This document shows positions 50,324 to 64,000 of a stretch of 64,000 nucleotides of DNA, one piece after another. Origin of the DNA: Lepidodermella squamata (lineage: Eukaryota > Animalia > Gastrotricha). The stretch's first letter is position 1; every line of letters starts with the position of its first letter. The stretch is from contig JBLDXI010000003.1 in the NCBI GenBank assembly GCA_047495785.1, positions 62,001 through 126,000 of the forward strand. Reading direction: 5' to 3'. The position numbers were made by a program, and so were the translations under genes. The notes beneath the pieces were generated by a model. It had not been told where the DNA came from, did no database searches, and saw nothing but the letters and a program-made list of their open reading frames with translations.

Positions 50324-53300
50324 ATGATTTTACGAAAAAACGATGCCTTATTATGTCTCGCTCTTGCGGTTGCCTGCCTCGCATGGCTGTCTGCGGCGTC
50401 GACGGACAGCGATGACTACTACGACATTCTGGGCGTGAAACGCACGGCGTCCCAGCGCGACATCAAAAAGGCGTACCACCGCCTGTCGCGCCTCCACCAC
50501 CCCGACAAGAACCGCAACGACCCGACCGCGAACGACCGATTTTCGCGCATCAACGAGGCGTACGAAACGCTGTCAGACCAGGAGCGGCGCCGCGCCTACG
50601 ACCAGTACGGCCGCGCCGGGGCGGACGCGCACCAGCAGCAGCAGCAACGGGGCGGCGGAAACGGCGCGTTTTTCTTCCACCACGGCGGCGGCTTCGGCGG
50701 CCACGACCCCTTCGAGTCGTTCTTCGCCGGCTTTGGCGGCGGCGGGGGTGGCGGCGGCAGTGCGTCGGGCGACACGCTCCGGGTCACCCGGCGACAGGTG
50801 GAGACGCGGCTGGTCCCAGAATCAATCACGAGACCGACACTGATCCTGGCGAAGGCGCACATGTGTTTCCAGTGCGGGCCGATTTCCGCGCTGTGGCGTC
50901 GCTTGTCTGACGAACTGACGGCGATGGGCGTCACCATGGCAACGGCGTACCTCGACGAACCGGGCGGTCTGGCAGACTTGCTGCGCGTCAACTCGGTGCC
51001 GGCCATCATCGGCATTGCGAATCGCCGCTTCTTCAACTACGCCTCGTTCGAAGGCGGTGGTCGCGATGTTTCGATTTCGTCTCTCGTCGGCTTCTTGCGC
51101 CACATGCTGCCGAAGGATCTCCTCGAACAGGTTCGCATTTTCATGTTTAGATTTAACGTTTAAAAAATCTGATGATGGTTGACCTTTCCGTAACGGGGCC
51201 TAACTTGGGACAAGTTTTTTTATTTTTTTCAATTAACTTGTCATCTGAAAAATTTGGAAAAATGTGAAACATGCGGGGCGAACATTCATGATCGACTGGT
51301 AAATTTCGAGAAATTACCTTGATTTTTAAGACATAGGTGAAGAAACCTTGAAATTTTGGGAACGACCCGAAACCGAAACCGACGAAAACACATTTTCTTA
51401 TCGATTGGTAATTTTGGAGAATTTTGGGTGAACTTGGGTGAAATTTTGTGGTGCAGCAAATTTATGTTTTGGTTTTTTAATCGATTTATAATGTTTTTCT
51501 GATTTCGTAGGTGAGTGATTCGAGTCTCGAGTCGTCGTTCATCGGCTCGCCGCCGTTCGACGACGGGCGGGTGCGCGTGCTGCTGGGCTACTCGGCGCCC
51601 GGGTCGCGCGACGCCCCACCGCCGCTCCGATTCGCCCTCGCCGCCTTCCGCCACCGCATGCAGGCCAAGTTCGGCGTCCTCCGTATCGACCAGCTGTACT
51701 CGGCCGCGAACCAGGGCCTGCTCGACCGATTCCACCTGCCGCGCACCGGTGAAACCGCCAGTGTCCTCGATGAAAACTGGCAAAAGTAAGTATGAACAAG
51801 TCTACGCGCTCAGATTATTAATAGGAAGTGTTCGAAAAAATCGGGAAAATTTGCTCAAAAAAATCAAGACCAGAAGCTAAGAATTCGTATTTTCGTGTGT
51901 TATAGGAATGGCCCTGTCTACGAAAAGTTCACGAATCCCGGTTCGTCTGGAGCGTCACTCGAACTGTCATCGAACACCATCGACCTGATCATATCGAAAA
52001 AGGGCTACCTCGCCCTGCCCCGACTCTTCTCAACGCCAATGCTGCAAAAACTGTGCCCGCCCGAATCTGAAGCGGACGCCGATTCGGCCCGCGAACTCAC
52101 GCTATGCATCGCCCTGATCGTCGAACGACGAACACCACTACCGAGCGCGACGGACCAATTCCGCGATTTCGCGCAACGATTCCGTCAGGAAAACGCAGCG
52201 GCCGTGCAGTTCAAACTGCGGTTCGTCTACATCTACGCGTCGGTGCAGACCGGTTTCGTGTCGTCGCTGCGGTCGAGCCGGAAGCCCCCGGGCGGCTCCG
52301 CGTCCAGCTCAGCCGGCTCCAACCACCTGGACGTGGCGATTTTCCGGCAACGCGAGCCAAGCCAACTGGCGTACGACTACGCCGACGACGTGTGGGACCT
52401 CGAAAAGCCGGAAGACTCGGCGCAGGTGTTGACGGAGCGCATCCTGCGGTTTAAGACGGCGGCCAGAAAGTTGCCGTTCTACGCGCGGATCCCGGAGATG
52501 CTGGACGAGAACCGCGAGTCGCTGGTGTCGCGGATCGTGTGGCGCCTCACGGACTGGTACGACCGCATCTGGTTCGCGTCGACGTCATCCGACGCGCCCA
52601 TGTTCTACGTCACTCTGCTGTGCACGCTCTTCGTCGGCGTCGGCTCCGTCCTCCTGCACTCGATCTTGTCGGCGGTTCGCGGCATCCTCCACGCGGCGTC
52701 TTCGTCGTCGTCGTCTTCGAACGGCCAAACTGCATCGAGTGGACCTGCGAATTTCAAACATCCTCAGGTAAAAAGACGTTACCTTTATCTTTAGCCTATA
52801 ACTGATAGCTCGACTTGAAATTAAGGTGCAAGAAAGTCGTTGATGTGAATTCACAAAAAAAATGAGATGAATAAGTGTAAAAAATAGTCGGCGATTGAGT
52901 CTGTTGTCAACCGCCGTGGCGCAGGCATTCATTGTTCTTCGATGTCGCAGGTCAAATACGAAAGCAAAAATAATTGAGCATCACCAGATTCTAACTATTT
53001 TGAAGAATTTTTCGATTGGAATCTTCAAATTCTCCACATTTTTGACATTCACCTATATATTTAGCAAGCTCAATACCTAGAAAACTGACGAACTGAGTTT
53101 ACTTAACACAATGATGGAAAAACAAACTGAACTGAAGCATAAATCGACTGGATTCACAATAGTCAACGGCAGCAATTTCGAACTTATTAAGATGAAAGCC
53201 CAGGTCGCCGATCAATCCACGCATTTGCCGAGCTTTTGACTCCGCCGGGTTTAAATTTTCTGAGAAAAGCGGGATATATTTCCTTCTTTTTTCATTCATC

Positions 53301-54701
53301 TCACCCTTATCAGATGTGAATAGTTAAAACGGCGGCGACTTTCACACCGCTCTTATGCTGTGCCAACGCGGATTTCCAATTCAATACTTACATTTTGCCG
53401 CTGCAACGTCCCACGCATGCAGGCGGCCTGGGCCCCAATGTTTGGCGTTTGAGAAGGCCCAGTCTAACGCAAATGCGACGGCAACACTGCGCGTTGCAGA
53501 TGGTAGTGCAATAGCCCTATATTTCCACATACCAATTTCAGCTAGGCATCTAAAAGTGTCACGACAAGATGCAATTCGAGCTCAAACCACTTCTGAGCAG
53601 TTGATTATTTGTCGATGAGAGTAGGGTCAATAAATTGATAGCGAAATTCACTTTCTTGCGTGAGAGAGCGCAGGTCTGCCGCAGAAAGCTAGTCCGAGGC
53701 ATTGACGCCTTCAACGTGTCAATCAGACACGATTTGCCAACTACTTTCGCATCAGTAACCACGACATAACCCTGTTTAGCCCATACATAATTTTCAGGCA
53801 CTTGAAGCTCCAGTCGTCTGAAACACATGGGTTCTACTTATTAGAAGAAACAAGACCAGAAAGCTAAACCGACAGGCGAAGGCCTTTTCAACCTATTTCC
53901 AAGTTTGCTAACTGTCATTTATGGCAAAACCTGAACCTCAGAGCAACTAAAGCTTTAGAACAGAGACACAGAATAGGTTCAGTGGATCTGGAGATCTGTC
54001 GAGGTTCTCCCCGGAAGATTATTTCTAGATCCGATGAATTCAGGAAATTAGAGGAGCTCCTCTTATTGTTTCTCTGTTATCTGTTTATTTAGGTTGACTC
54101 GAAACAACGCATGCTGAACGTGCAGCTGTTCTGCGCTGAAACGTGCGAGCGTCTCGTGGCGAGGCTGCCGCGGGGCGAACTGTCGATCGTGCTGCTGACG
54201 TCGCGCGAACTGCAGGCCGGGCTGCTGCAGGCGTACGTCGAGGCGATCACGGCCTACACCAAGTACCACCGCCTGCACTTCGCCTACATGGACATGGGGC
54301 TGGCGGAGAACCCGGCCTGGTACAAGAAGCTGCTCTCCGCCAGTCTCGGCCGGCCCATCGACCTGGACGCAACACGCTGCGCCGGCACGGTGCTCGCCTT
54401 CAACGGCTACCGCGACTACTACTGCCTGTACCACCCGGCGTACAAGTCCATCTCGACCATCGGCCGCTTCGCCGGCCTCGACCCGGACGAAGACAACGAC
54501 AACGGCGACGAGAATGTCCCGCGCGCCAAGGTCGACCGCCTGCACACGGACCCAAAGCGCATGCTGGCGCACCTGGGCCCGTGGCTGGACAGCCTGTTGG
54601 AGGGCACGCTGAAACGGTTCCGCGTCGAGCAGTGGCCGTCCATGGCGACAGTTGTCGCTGAGCTGCAGAACGAGGGCGCGACCAACAGCGCTGCTAGTTG
54701 A
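50324..54701 (+). CDS. DNAJC16: DnaJ homolog subfamily C member 16 (ERdj8)
   Basis: Signal peptide, J domain with HPDKN, thioredoxin-like CFQC, LPRL..LCP, TM segment, GTVLAFNGYRDYYCLYH, WLDSLLEG; exons 50324-51130, 51511-51785, 51906-52767, 54093-54701. Confidence 0.88.
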
Positions 54702-55898
54702 AAAAACGTGTCATTTTTACCTATCTCTGAATTTCACTCGCTGTATTTACTACTTGTGTTAATATCGTCGTAGCAGCTGAGCCGAAAAAATTGAATTAAA
54801 TTTCCAAAATGTTAAGTTTTCCACTGCTATGACGATATTTCGATGTGTGTTGTGTCTTTCAACTCGCCGCCGCGAAGCAGCGACAGTGCAGAAACCAACA
54901 TGATTATGACTCATCATCATAATGAAGATGCTGAAAGTATCTCGCATTGCTATAAAAACATTGAAAATTGCTCGACCTGCGCGAACGGTTCGTGATTGCG
55001 GCTGTTTTTTTCTAATCTTCAACTCACGCTGTTATTTCAACTCTCTTGAATGTTTGGTCAACTCTATCGTGCCATTTGATAATGAATGAAACAAATTATT
55101 ATTATTTGTGTGGAGAAATAGAGCCCGTAATTATTGTTTTTTCCTACTCTATGCAGCTGCGCCTTGCTTTATCATTATTTACGACTGCGATTCCTTCAAT
55201 ATTATTACCTGTAAAATTCGTATTGACAATAGGTTTGAAATTTGTTGTCCCACGTCCCGTATTATTCGGTTGAAAAAGCGAAAATATAGTCATAGTCAAA
55301 TCGTTGCCATGGCGTGCTTTTTTGTTATTCTATTCTCGAATTTATGTTGTCACCTTGGTGCAATCAACGATTCTCAGAAAAACTATGAAAATGACAATAA
55401 AAATCCGGAAAATTCTACGTGAAATGACTAATTTTGCAAAGAAAGAAAGAAGCTACCGAGTGGAGCCGTGGGTGGCTAGAGTGTGATATGCAGGAAAAAA
55501 TCGCCGTTGCGCGATTCTGCCGAGTGGCTGCAATTTGCGAGCGGCAAGACGGTGGTGGTTCCAGTTGCAAATTATTCCGCCGTAGCGTTGTTTGGTTACA
55601 TTTCAGCAGCGATAACGATAAAATATCGCACACTACAAATTGTGACGATGACTGACGACGATGAAGAGGCGGCACTTGCGACCTCGTCGTTGCTGCAATC
55701 ACTTTTCCAACCCGCAGATAATATAACGTCGTTCTTTTCACGTGTTAGTTTTTTGTTCGTTTTCAACAACTAGCAGCAGACAAGATAATTCAGAATCAGC
55801 CGTTAGCTTCAACCAGCGGGCGGCGTGAGTCGCGAGCGATAAGGGTGACGCGAGTTTCCGGTGCTTTTTTGCCTGTTAAAACAGCAGCAGGCGTTAGA

Positions 55899-55906
55899 TA
55901 TAAAAA
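55899..55906 (+). promoter_or_regulatory. Candidate TATA box, possibly for the Src-like kinase (non-coding first exon)
   Basis: TATAAAAA downstream of a GC/CpG-rich patch at about 55815-55860; splice acceptor at 58203 precedes the kinase ATG. Confidence 0.35.
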
Positions 55907-58270
55907 GGCACCGGCATCAACTCATTCACGTTAATTACGTGCCTAATACAGCTATTTCACCATCGTTTCTCGCAAGCTACCGCTCATTCACCCAATATCG
56001 AATCTAGCGACATCACGTCGCCGGCATATGGCTCCGCTTCTGATCAGCGCTGCCAAGTCAAAGGTGATAAGAGAACAACACCCATGGCTGTTGTTAGTCA
56101 TAAAATAATTCGCTTATTATGACATCGCCGAAATTTTACGCAAATGTCTCTTCGACTTCAGCCTCGCTCGGTAACGCAGAGCGTCAGCGTAATGCACTTA
56201 TAAACCAAGTCGTTACGGCTACGGGTGTTTTCACCCAATTAGATGTATTATGCTACCCACTGCGTAAATCGGGCGTTGGCCACTTTGCGAATGGTGACTG
56301 CAGTGCTAGCGCGTTGATCTGCGAAAATCTCATGCTTCCAGTTCTTGCTTGCTTGATTTACATCAATATTAGATAACTATGATTTTTAACAGCGATATTT
56401 CTCGAGAGTCCACAACATTCAACAACAAAACTTCGATTGGTTAAATTCAATGCACGCGCCGTCTTCAGCAGATTACATCTTCTGTACTGATCGATTTTCG
56501 CAGAGGAAATCCTGAGATTCATACGAACTTGCGTTGTCCCATCGATCAACTGTACGTATTCTAGTCAAATGGAAATTGATAGCTTTCACCTTCCTAATGA
56601 ATTCGACCTCTGGAAGTTTTGTTCAACTCATAAGCAAAAGCTTATTCTGTGCTCAGAGTTTTTTATTGCGAAGTGTTTTAGAATTAATCTCCGTTGTTAT
56701 CTCGTAATTGCTAGATATTATTTATTACCCCAAGCTCTCTCGATGTTACTCTTTCTTTCATTGGTGTCATTGACCTTAACTTGATTATGTTTCATGTTTT
56801 ACTTTCTCACTCATTTTGTTACACAAAGGGAATCTGAAATTACTATGATTCGAACGATGATACGAAATAGCCTTTTCGCTGTTCGTTGTGACAAAGAATA
56901 AAGAAGACAATGTTTCCCCGTGATTGTTGTTAATCTTTAGAAGCAATTCAACCAAGCCGTTGCTGTAGATACTTAAAACCATCCATTTCTACGTGTCCGG
57001 CTAATGAAACAAGTGCCTTAAGCCTTTTTTATTTTTCAGCCAGCTCTTCTCTGTTTAGTTTATCAAAGCATTGTAATCCATCAGCGATTGGTGTGGCATG
57101 ACGTAGGACGTAGGTATCAGAAATTTTATCATATTTTCAGTTGAATTGAAATCACTCACTTGAAAAAAAAAATAAATAGCTGAGTGAAGAGTTTGCAGTT
57201 AGCAGTCCGAGTCGGCCGGTTGGTCAAATTTCCCTCTACGTGGTCAGCCGAAGTCATACAAACCAGCTAATGCAGCTAATCATCATCTTGTTAAAGCTAA
57301 GGAACAGGTGAATTTCATTGGAAACAAAATGTAACTTGCTCTCGAGAGTTCTCGCAAGAGAGCAAGCTTCAAAATCGCAGAATTTTCCAAGTTTACTGCG
57401 GCAAATAAAATCTATATTATTCTCATAAAAAATGTATTTTTCATGAAATTATAGATTCACTATTGTTTTTAAAAAATATTTTTTTAAAGACCTTGCTCGG
57501 TAATTCATTTTTTCCGCAGTTTCTGTCGATAAGGTTTCTGCGGGCCGGCTTTTCCCGGGACATGGGCCGAAATCTTCGCGTTTTCAAACCTCAACGTCTT
57601 CATTTTTCCTCGTTGTTCGTTTTTGTGATCGTAACTTTACTGCCAATTAGTTGCCAGCTGGTGATTGATCATGTCATCCCCTCGCTTACAACGTCCAAAT
57701 TTCAGTATTACTCACTGTTACGATGCAGTGAATTTGGCGTACCGTAAGAGATCCCATCAGAGAGCCAAATGTTTGTAATGAAAACTCAACTCTTGTGCCA
57801 TCGGGATGGAACTTGCCCGTAAGCCACAAGCAAGGCTATCTGAGTATTGCTAAGTGTGATGATTTTGAAATTTGAAAGCCTCCAGAAGATCTTTACTTTC
57901 GAATGAAAGAAGTATTGAAATGCTCTCTCCTTCTTTAATACAGAGACCCTTTGGTCATTATCTATTATCTTATATCTTATATCTTTTATCTTATCATAGA
58001 GTTATCTTATATCTTAGCGTTACCCAATATCATCGTTGAGGACTCCATCTTGGTATATTTTATCGTTATTTCTCACTTGGGTTGCCCTATTTCTATTTTC
58101 AAGTTTATCAACCTAGCTTTTTTTGATCCGAGATGCTTGTTTTCTCCTCTCTGATGTGTTCAATGCAGGTTGAATTGACAATATGCTGAACTTTTTTCTC
58201 TAGGTTTTACTTTCTTGCGCTTACGCAGCAGCGGAAAGTAAATGAACGCAGTTGCGAACGCTGTTACCAA

Positions 58271-61200
58271 ATGGGAAGTTGTATAAGTTCTGACTTCTTC
58301 AGCGGACGCCACGGCTCGAGGTCTGTCGACTCGCCTACAGATCAGAAGAAGCTACAATCTTTCATTCACTCGAATGGAGCTACGATAAACGGCAATCACC
58401 ATCACAATTTTGACCTCGTGAACCAGCGCCGACAATCTGCACAGTCGAACAACTCAAACCATGGCCAGACGAAGAAAGAGTTGAAATTCACAGATCTGCA
58501 CCAAATCGCAGATCCTAATAGCAATAGCAATACCAGTGATAAATTGTACATTGCATTATACGACTACGAAGCTCGAACGGAGACAGATCTAAACTTTACA
58601 AAAGGCGATCTGTTAGACATTCTCGACAACAGCCAGGGCGGCTGGTGGTATGCGAAGTCGAGGCGAACGAATCGACAAGGCTTCATTCCGTCAAATTACG
58701 TCGCTCGTTACCGCTCGTTAGAATCGGAGCCGTTCTTCCACGGCCGGTTGAAACGTAACGAGGCCGAAATGATGTTGCTATCACCGCAGTGCGAGCACGG
58801 CGCGTTTTTAGTCCGCAACTCCGAATCTCGACATTCAGACTTTGCGTTATCAGTGAAAGACCACTCGGTAATAAAGCACTACAGGGTACGGCATTCTGAC
58901 GAAACCGGCGAGTTTTACATCGCGAGGCGGGCGACCTTCTACACAGTCTCTGATTTGATAGCCTATTACTCGCAGAATGTCGATGGCCTGTGCTGTATTC
59001 TGAGGCAGCCAGTCGCGAAACGAGAGCGGCCATCGACGATGGGCCTGTCCCACGACACGGCCGATCAGTACGAAATGCCGAAGGAGCAGTTTCATTTAGT
59101 GCGCAAAATCGGCCACGGCCAGTTCGGCGAGGTGTGGGAGGGCAGGTGGAACCACACGACGCCGGTTGCGATTAAGATGCTGAAGCCGGGCTCGATGGAC
59201 TCGAAAGATTTCCTGGCGGAGGCGAGTCTCATGAAGCGGCTGCTGCACCCGAAACTGCTGCAGCTGTACGCCGTGTGCTCGCAGTCGGAGCCGTTCTACA
59301 TCGTTACCGAGCTGATGAGCAACGGCAATTTGCTAGAGTTCTTTCAAACAGGTACGCTTTGTTTACAAATCCGATTCCGGAAATTATATCAGAGATAGGT
59401 TTTAAAATTGCAGACTTCTCAATATTTTTAAATGCTGAAATTTCGTAGTTTCTTATCAAAATCATAATTGCGTAGTCTGTTTTTCCGATTTTATTCAATT
59501 AAAACGACGGGATTGTTCGTGTTTCTCATCTGGTGGCTTGGCTATATCAAATTTCCGCTGTTGAAATCTGAGATTTTCCGACAAGAGTCAATGTTAAGGT
59601 CATTAACACCTATGTGATACGTACCTATATCATTTTACCGCTCATTTTCATTGTCTTTTATTATAGTACCCACAAAGCTGTAGTACTTCTACTAGAGCTA
59701 ATTGAGGAAAGAAGAATAGGAAAAAACGCGCGTGGTGGACATTGGGCTTTTTTGGCGATTGTTTGTTTGTTTGCCGAAGCAAAAACAACAACTGCGTGCG
59801 CACGTGTCAGTTTTTTGAAGGAGCCGGCTCATGTGCGCGCGCGCGCTATCATCTATCTACCCGCATATAATGGACAGGTGCATGCATGCCTGTGGTGGTC
59901 TAATGAGCCTGCTAATAATAGGCGAACAAGACAAGGCAGGCATGACTAAGCAGCAAGAGAAGACCAGGCGATCATTGTTGTTTACCGGCGTGCTTCAAGC
60001 CGTTCCGCTCGCCCTTTCCATGCACACATATATACATAGGCAGGCAGGGTGGGCGCACTCTGTAGTAGTAGTACAAATGACTATTCATAGCGACCACATT
60101 AGAATAAGAATAATATTAACCACGTGGTAGTAGTTGTATTAAAGCATTTCGGTGTAATTTATCATCATCTTAGTAGTAGTGGTGGTGGCTGTGTTCGGTA
60201 CTGCGAATAAACTGGGTGCATCGTATCAGCAGCGCCCGTTTTGTTTAGCCCACAGCTAGAAGCTACCTACCTATGGGGATTATACCTACCCATGTACTAT
60301 ATGGTGGGTGATACGCTCGGCTGATTGTTGGTGGTTGTGAGGATTAACCTGGGTTGGTCGGTCGCGTGAATTGCTACAAACAATTAATTGGCGAGTTGTT
60401 GTTGATGCTTCGAAACGCGTTGTTGATTTTGGACGAGACAAGATTGAAAAATCAACGCGTTGTGATTCATCCAGCCACAACAAAAGGCTGATTCACGCGG
60501 AAAATACGCGCACACGTATTGAATTAACGTGAGCCCGCGAGGAGTAATTGCGTTCCAATTTTCTTACCATGATGATGATGATGAGAATTTATTTTTTCAC
60601 CATAAGGCGTTTACAGAGATTAGGCACACGAAAAAGTTTAGATTTTTTTTGTATATTCAAGTGTTGAAAAATTGGTCTTTGTTATGAAATTATTCGTCGA
60701 AGAGAAATGCTGTCCAATTATGCAAATTATGATGCTGTGATTCACTGCGGTTTTGTTGAGCCAATTGGGTGTCATTTTGAGCACTCTAAATTTCGGCGTC
60801 AAAATGGAGCAAATTATCTGCCAAAATTGAACCTGTTTTGCTTATTTGCTGCTCTCAAGTTCTAGTCATCAATCAACTTTTTTTTACCATAATTTCAACT
60901 AGATTAAATCAGCTTCTTTTCTCATCAAATTGCTCACCCTGGCTGTTTCACTTAAATGTTGACGTGAAAGATATCGCACACTGCGTAAATGGACTCGTCG
61001 TAGTGCTGATTTTCCGTTTCTTCTTAGTGGATCCCAGCAACCATAGAGAAAAAATGACCAGAGTAAGCACTCAAGCTAAAATTTCTAAATCTTCATTTTT
61101 ATTCAAAATTGACTTTCTCAAAACGGATATCATCGTTTTCCACCAAATTTTGCATGCCTATAGAACGCGAGCTGTTCTTTCACGTGGTATAAGATTTGAG

Positions 61201-62915
61201 TTGGGCAATTGCTGCTCAGTCTTGATCTCATCAAAATTAGTAGAAACATAGTGAAAACAAGGTTTTTGCATCGTAACAACGGTTCGGTTGCCCACCTCCA
61301 ATCTTATACCACGTGAAAGAACAGCTCGCGTTCTATAGGCATGCAAAATTTGAGAAAGTCAAATTTGAATGAAAATGGAGATTCTGAAATTTCAGCTTGG
61401 GTGCTTAAACTGGTCATTTTTTCTCTATGCCAGCAACAAATAGTCACTCGCCTTTTGACGAATAATGCCATATTCTGTAGTGAATAAAATTCCTCATCGG
61501 AGGTAGAATTCCCGTCGAAATCAAGAAAATGAAAATGAAATGGAAAAAAATCAAATTGTTTGATCTTCCATTGGTCTATCTGATCGAAAAATCTGTTTAA
61601 AACACCTTCGATTGTGAAGGCATGGAGAAATAACATATAATTTAACGCGAGGAAACATTGATTTCCTTGAATCGACTCCTTCCGACTTGATTAGTCCTAC
61701 TTTCATTTCGGCTAGCAAATATTTGGGATAAAATTGAAAAAGGGGCGAAAATCAAAATAAGGGCTCACTATAAAAAAAGTTTGCAATTTAACCGCTAAAT
61801 AACCGACTTTTACTCGGGCATTTAGGACATATGGGAGCCTCCTATTTAGCCTAAAAAATTTAATTCTAGCTTCTAATTACCGAGAAATGAAATTCGAGGC
61901 GATAAATACCAAATTTTAGGTAAACAGTAGAAAAACGCCGGTTTCTTAGTCATCTATTTTTGGACACCCTAAACTCCATTTTGCCTTAGGTTACTCAGGA
62001 TAAATGACCCCCGACTATTCTAAATAGTTTTCTGGTATTTAGCGATTCGAAATTGTTTTAATTTTTATTCTAAATAACCGGCCGTGCTAAATAGCGAACT
62101 TTTTTACTGTGCTATTTTAATTAATTGGTTATTATCTGGTTAATTTTTTAAAACAATTAATTATTAATTTATTCCTTATTAATTTATTAATAAGGAGAAC
62201 TTTATTAATAAATTAATTATTAATTAAGTTTTAATTAATAAATTGGTGTTTTTTTAAGACTATTGTTTTATTTTAGCCATTTTATTGTTTAATGTTTGCT
62301 TTTATTTTTCTGGCAGATATGGGCCGGCGACTAGGCATGCCGCAGCTGATCGACATTGCGGCGCAGGTGGCGCAGGGCATGGCGTTTCTCGAACAGGAGA
62401 ACTACATCCACCGCGACCTCGCCGCCCGCAACATCCTGGTCGGCGCCGGCGGGCTCAACGTCAAAATCGCCGACTTCGGCCTCGCGCGCATGGTCAAGGA
62501 CGACTCGGGCTCGGTGTACGAGCCGCGGCCCGGCACCCGCTTCCCCATCAAATGGACCGCCCCGGAGGCAGCCAACCGCAACGTGTTCACGGTCAAGTCC
62601 GACGTCTGGTCATTCGGCGTCCTGCTGTCGGAAATCGTCTCGCATGGCCGCGTGCCGTACCCGGGCATGTCGAACATGGAAGTGCTGCAGGCGGTCGAGT
62701 CGGGCTACCGCATGCCGATGCCGGCCTCGTGCCCGCCCAAACTCTACCAGATCATGCTCGACTGCTGGCGGCCGAACCCGGACGACAGGCCGACGTTCGA
62801 GACGCTGCAGTGGCAGCTCGAGGAGTTCTACAACTCGGGCGCCGAGGCCGAGTACCGAGACTCGGCCGGCTTTTCGCTCGCCACCTTTCCGACCAGTGCC
62901 AGTGGTTTCAGTTGA
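58271..62915 (+). CDS. Src42A/FRK-like non-receptor tyrosine kinase (SH3-SH2-kinase)
   Basis: Exons 58271-59351 and 62317-62915; MGSCIS myristoylation/palmitoylation motif, [34 protein letters not shown], regulatory C-terminal Tyr (EYRD). Confidence 0.92.
61042..61429. mobile_element. hAT-type MITE with long (about 150 bp) terminal inverted repeats
   Basis: CATAGAGAAAAAATGACCAG / CTGGTCATTTTTTCTCTATG, perfect 8-bp TSD CCAGCAAC (61034-61041 and 61430-61437). Confidence 0.9.
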
Positions 62916-64000
62916 TCAATTGAACGCTATGAAATAATTCATCAAAGTCTTCCACACAATCTATTCATTACAAACTACAATAATAATGCTATTCTGACTG
63001 AGTGAGTGAAACAGCAAAATTCGCCATATTTGATTGGGGAAATTTCGAAAAAATCCGAAAAATTTATTTTCAGTGAAAATTTTGAAAAATGTGCGGTTTC
63101 ACTTATTTTTTTATTTGAAACTAGTTTGGCTGAAATTGAAAAATATTTGATTTGTTTCACTTAATTCCTAGTGAGAAGGATTATGGAGTAATTTTATGCA
63201 ATTTCGAAAATTCAATTTTATCGAATTTCAACTTATCGATTTTTTCTCAACAATAACAATGAATTAGGGTCTGAACGAATATTTTAAGACTGAACGAGAT
63301 TGAACGAATTTTCTCAAAATTTCAATTTAGAATTTTTGGGATTTTATGAGTAAAATTAAAAATTGAAGACATTCGGAATTCTTTAATTTAGGAAATTTTT
63401 CCCACATTCTCTGGTTCGATTTTTAATTTTGGATTATTTTTCGAAATCTCGAGCTCAAATTTGGCGAATTTTCCTTATATCCTGTTCTTCGAAGCAATGA
63501 TCCTTGAAAAATCTAAAATCCAGTATTCTTGACTCTTGAGGTGCGCTACTACTAATTATTGAAAAAAAATCTAGCTGGTTGTGTATGGTCGCCATCATCG
63601 ACGTTTTACTCTGTACTTCTCATTTCGATACTTATTCTCGACTCATCTGGTCCGTTGCTTTGATCGTTGCTTCACTCCTCCTTGTTTCTGTTTTATGCCC
63701 TCGCTTAACCTTGCTTTTTACCACTCTTTGCTGTTTGTTTCGCCCTTTTACTCGAAGACGACAGATGAAAATCAGGTTTTATTTACATCATGATTAATTT
63801 TTTTTCGATTAATTTGAGTCTGCTGATTGATGACAATTTTTTTCTTTTCTGTTTCTGCTCTCGAAGAAGATGAGTCTCAGCGCGCGCATGTTCAGACAAG
63901 ACGGGTCGTGTTATTTTTTGTACAAAAATTGAAGTTGTAAAGAGCCAAATTGCATTGTTGCAGCGTTTTATTTTCCCGCCCGCCCGCCCTTTTCAATCAA

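Noticed and set aside
53099-57750. Short ORFs in the last DNAJC16 intron and in the region upstream of the Src-like gene
   Set aside because: No splice-consistent model or domain signature

Overview
Gene-dense eukaryotic (animal) genomic DNA with GT-AG introns that are either very short (about 50-60 nt) or long and AT-rich, and GC-rich exons. The compact layout, intron-poor housekeeping genes and splice acceptors just before most ATGs suggest a trans-splicing invertebrate such as a free-living flatworm (inference only). Genes in order: kinase-coiled-coil-ankyrin protein (-, runs off the window), intronless O-methyltransferase-like gene, BLOC1S1, PHF7/G2E3-like PHD protein, two tandem three-exon genes for secreted cysteine-rich peptides (4-Cys module plus cystine-knot module), WDR17 (-), HSDL2, a small two-exon unidentified gene, RTE LINE fragment, small heat-shock protein (-), kinase pseudogene relic, DNAJC14-like with no HPD (-), hnRNP A/B-like (-), IGBP1, DNAJC9, KIF6, DNAJC16 and a Src42A/FRK-like kinase. 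There are also several MITEs, two with perfect 8-bp TSDs. Top candidates: (1) the duplicated toxin-like knottin peptide genes, which the ORF track only shows as fragments; (2) operon-like co-oriented clusters with about 100-bp intergenic gaps; (3) apparent pseudo-enzymes (His-less O-methyltransferase, HPD-less DNAJC14); (4) a repeated intronic element with a covarying GNRA hairpin.
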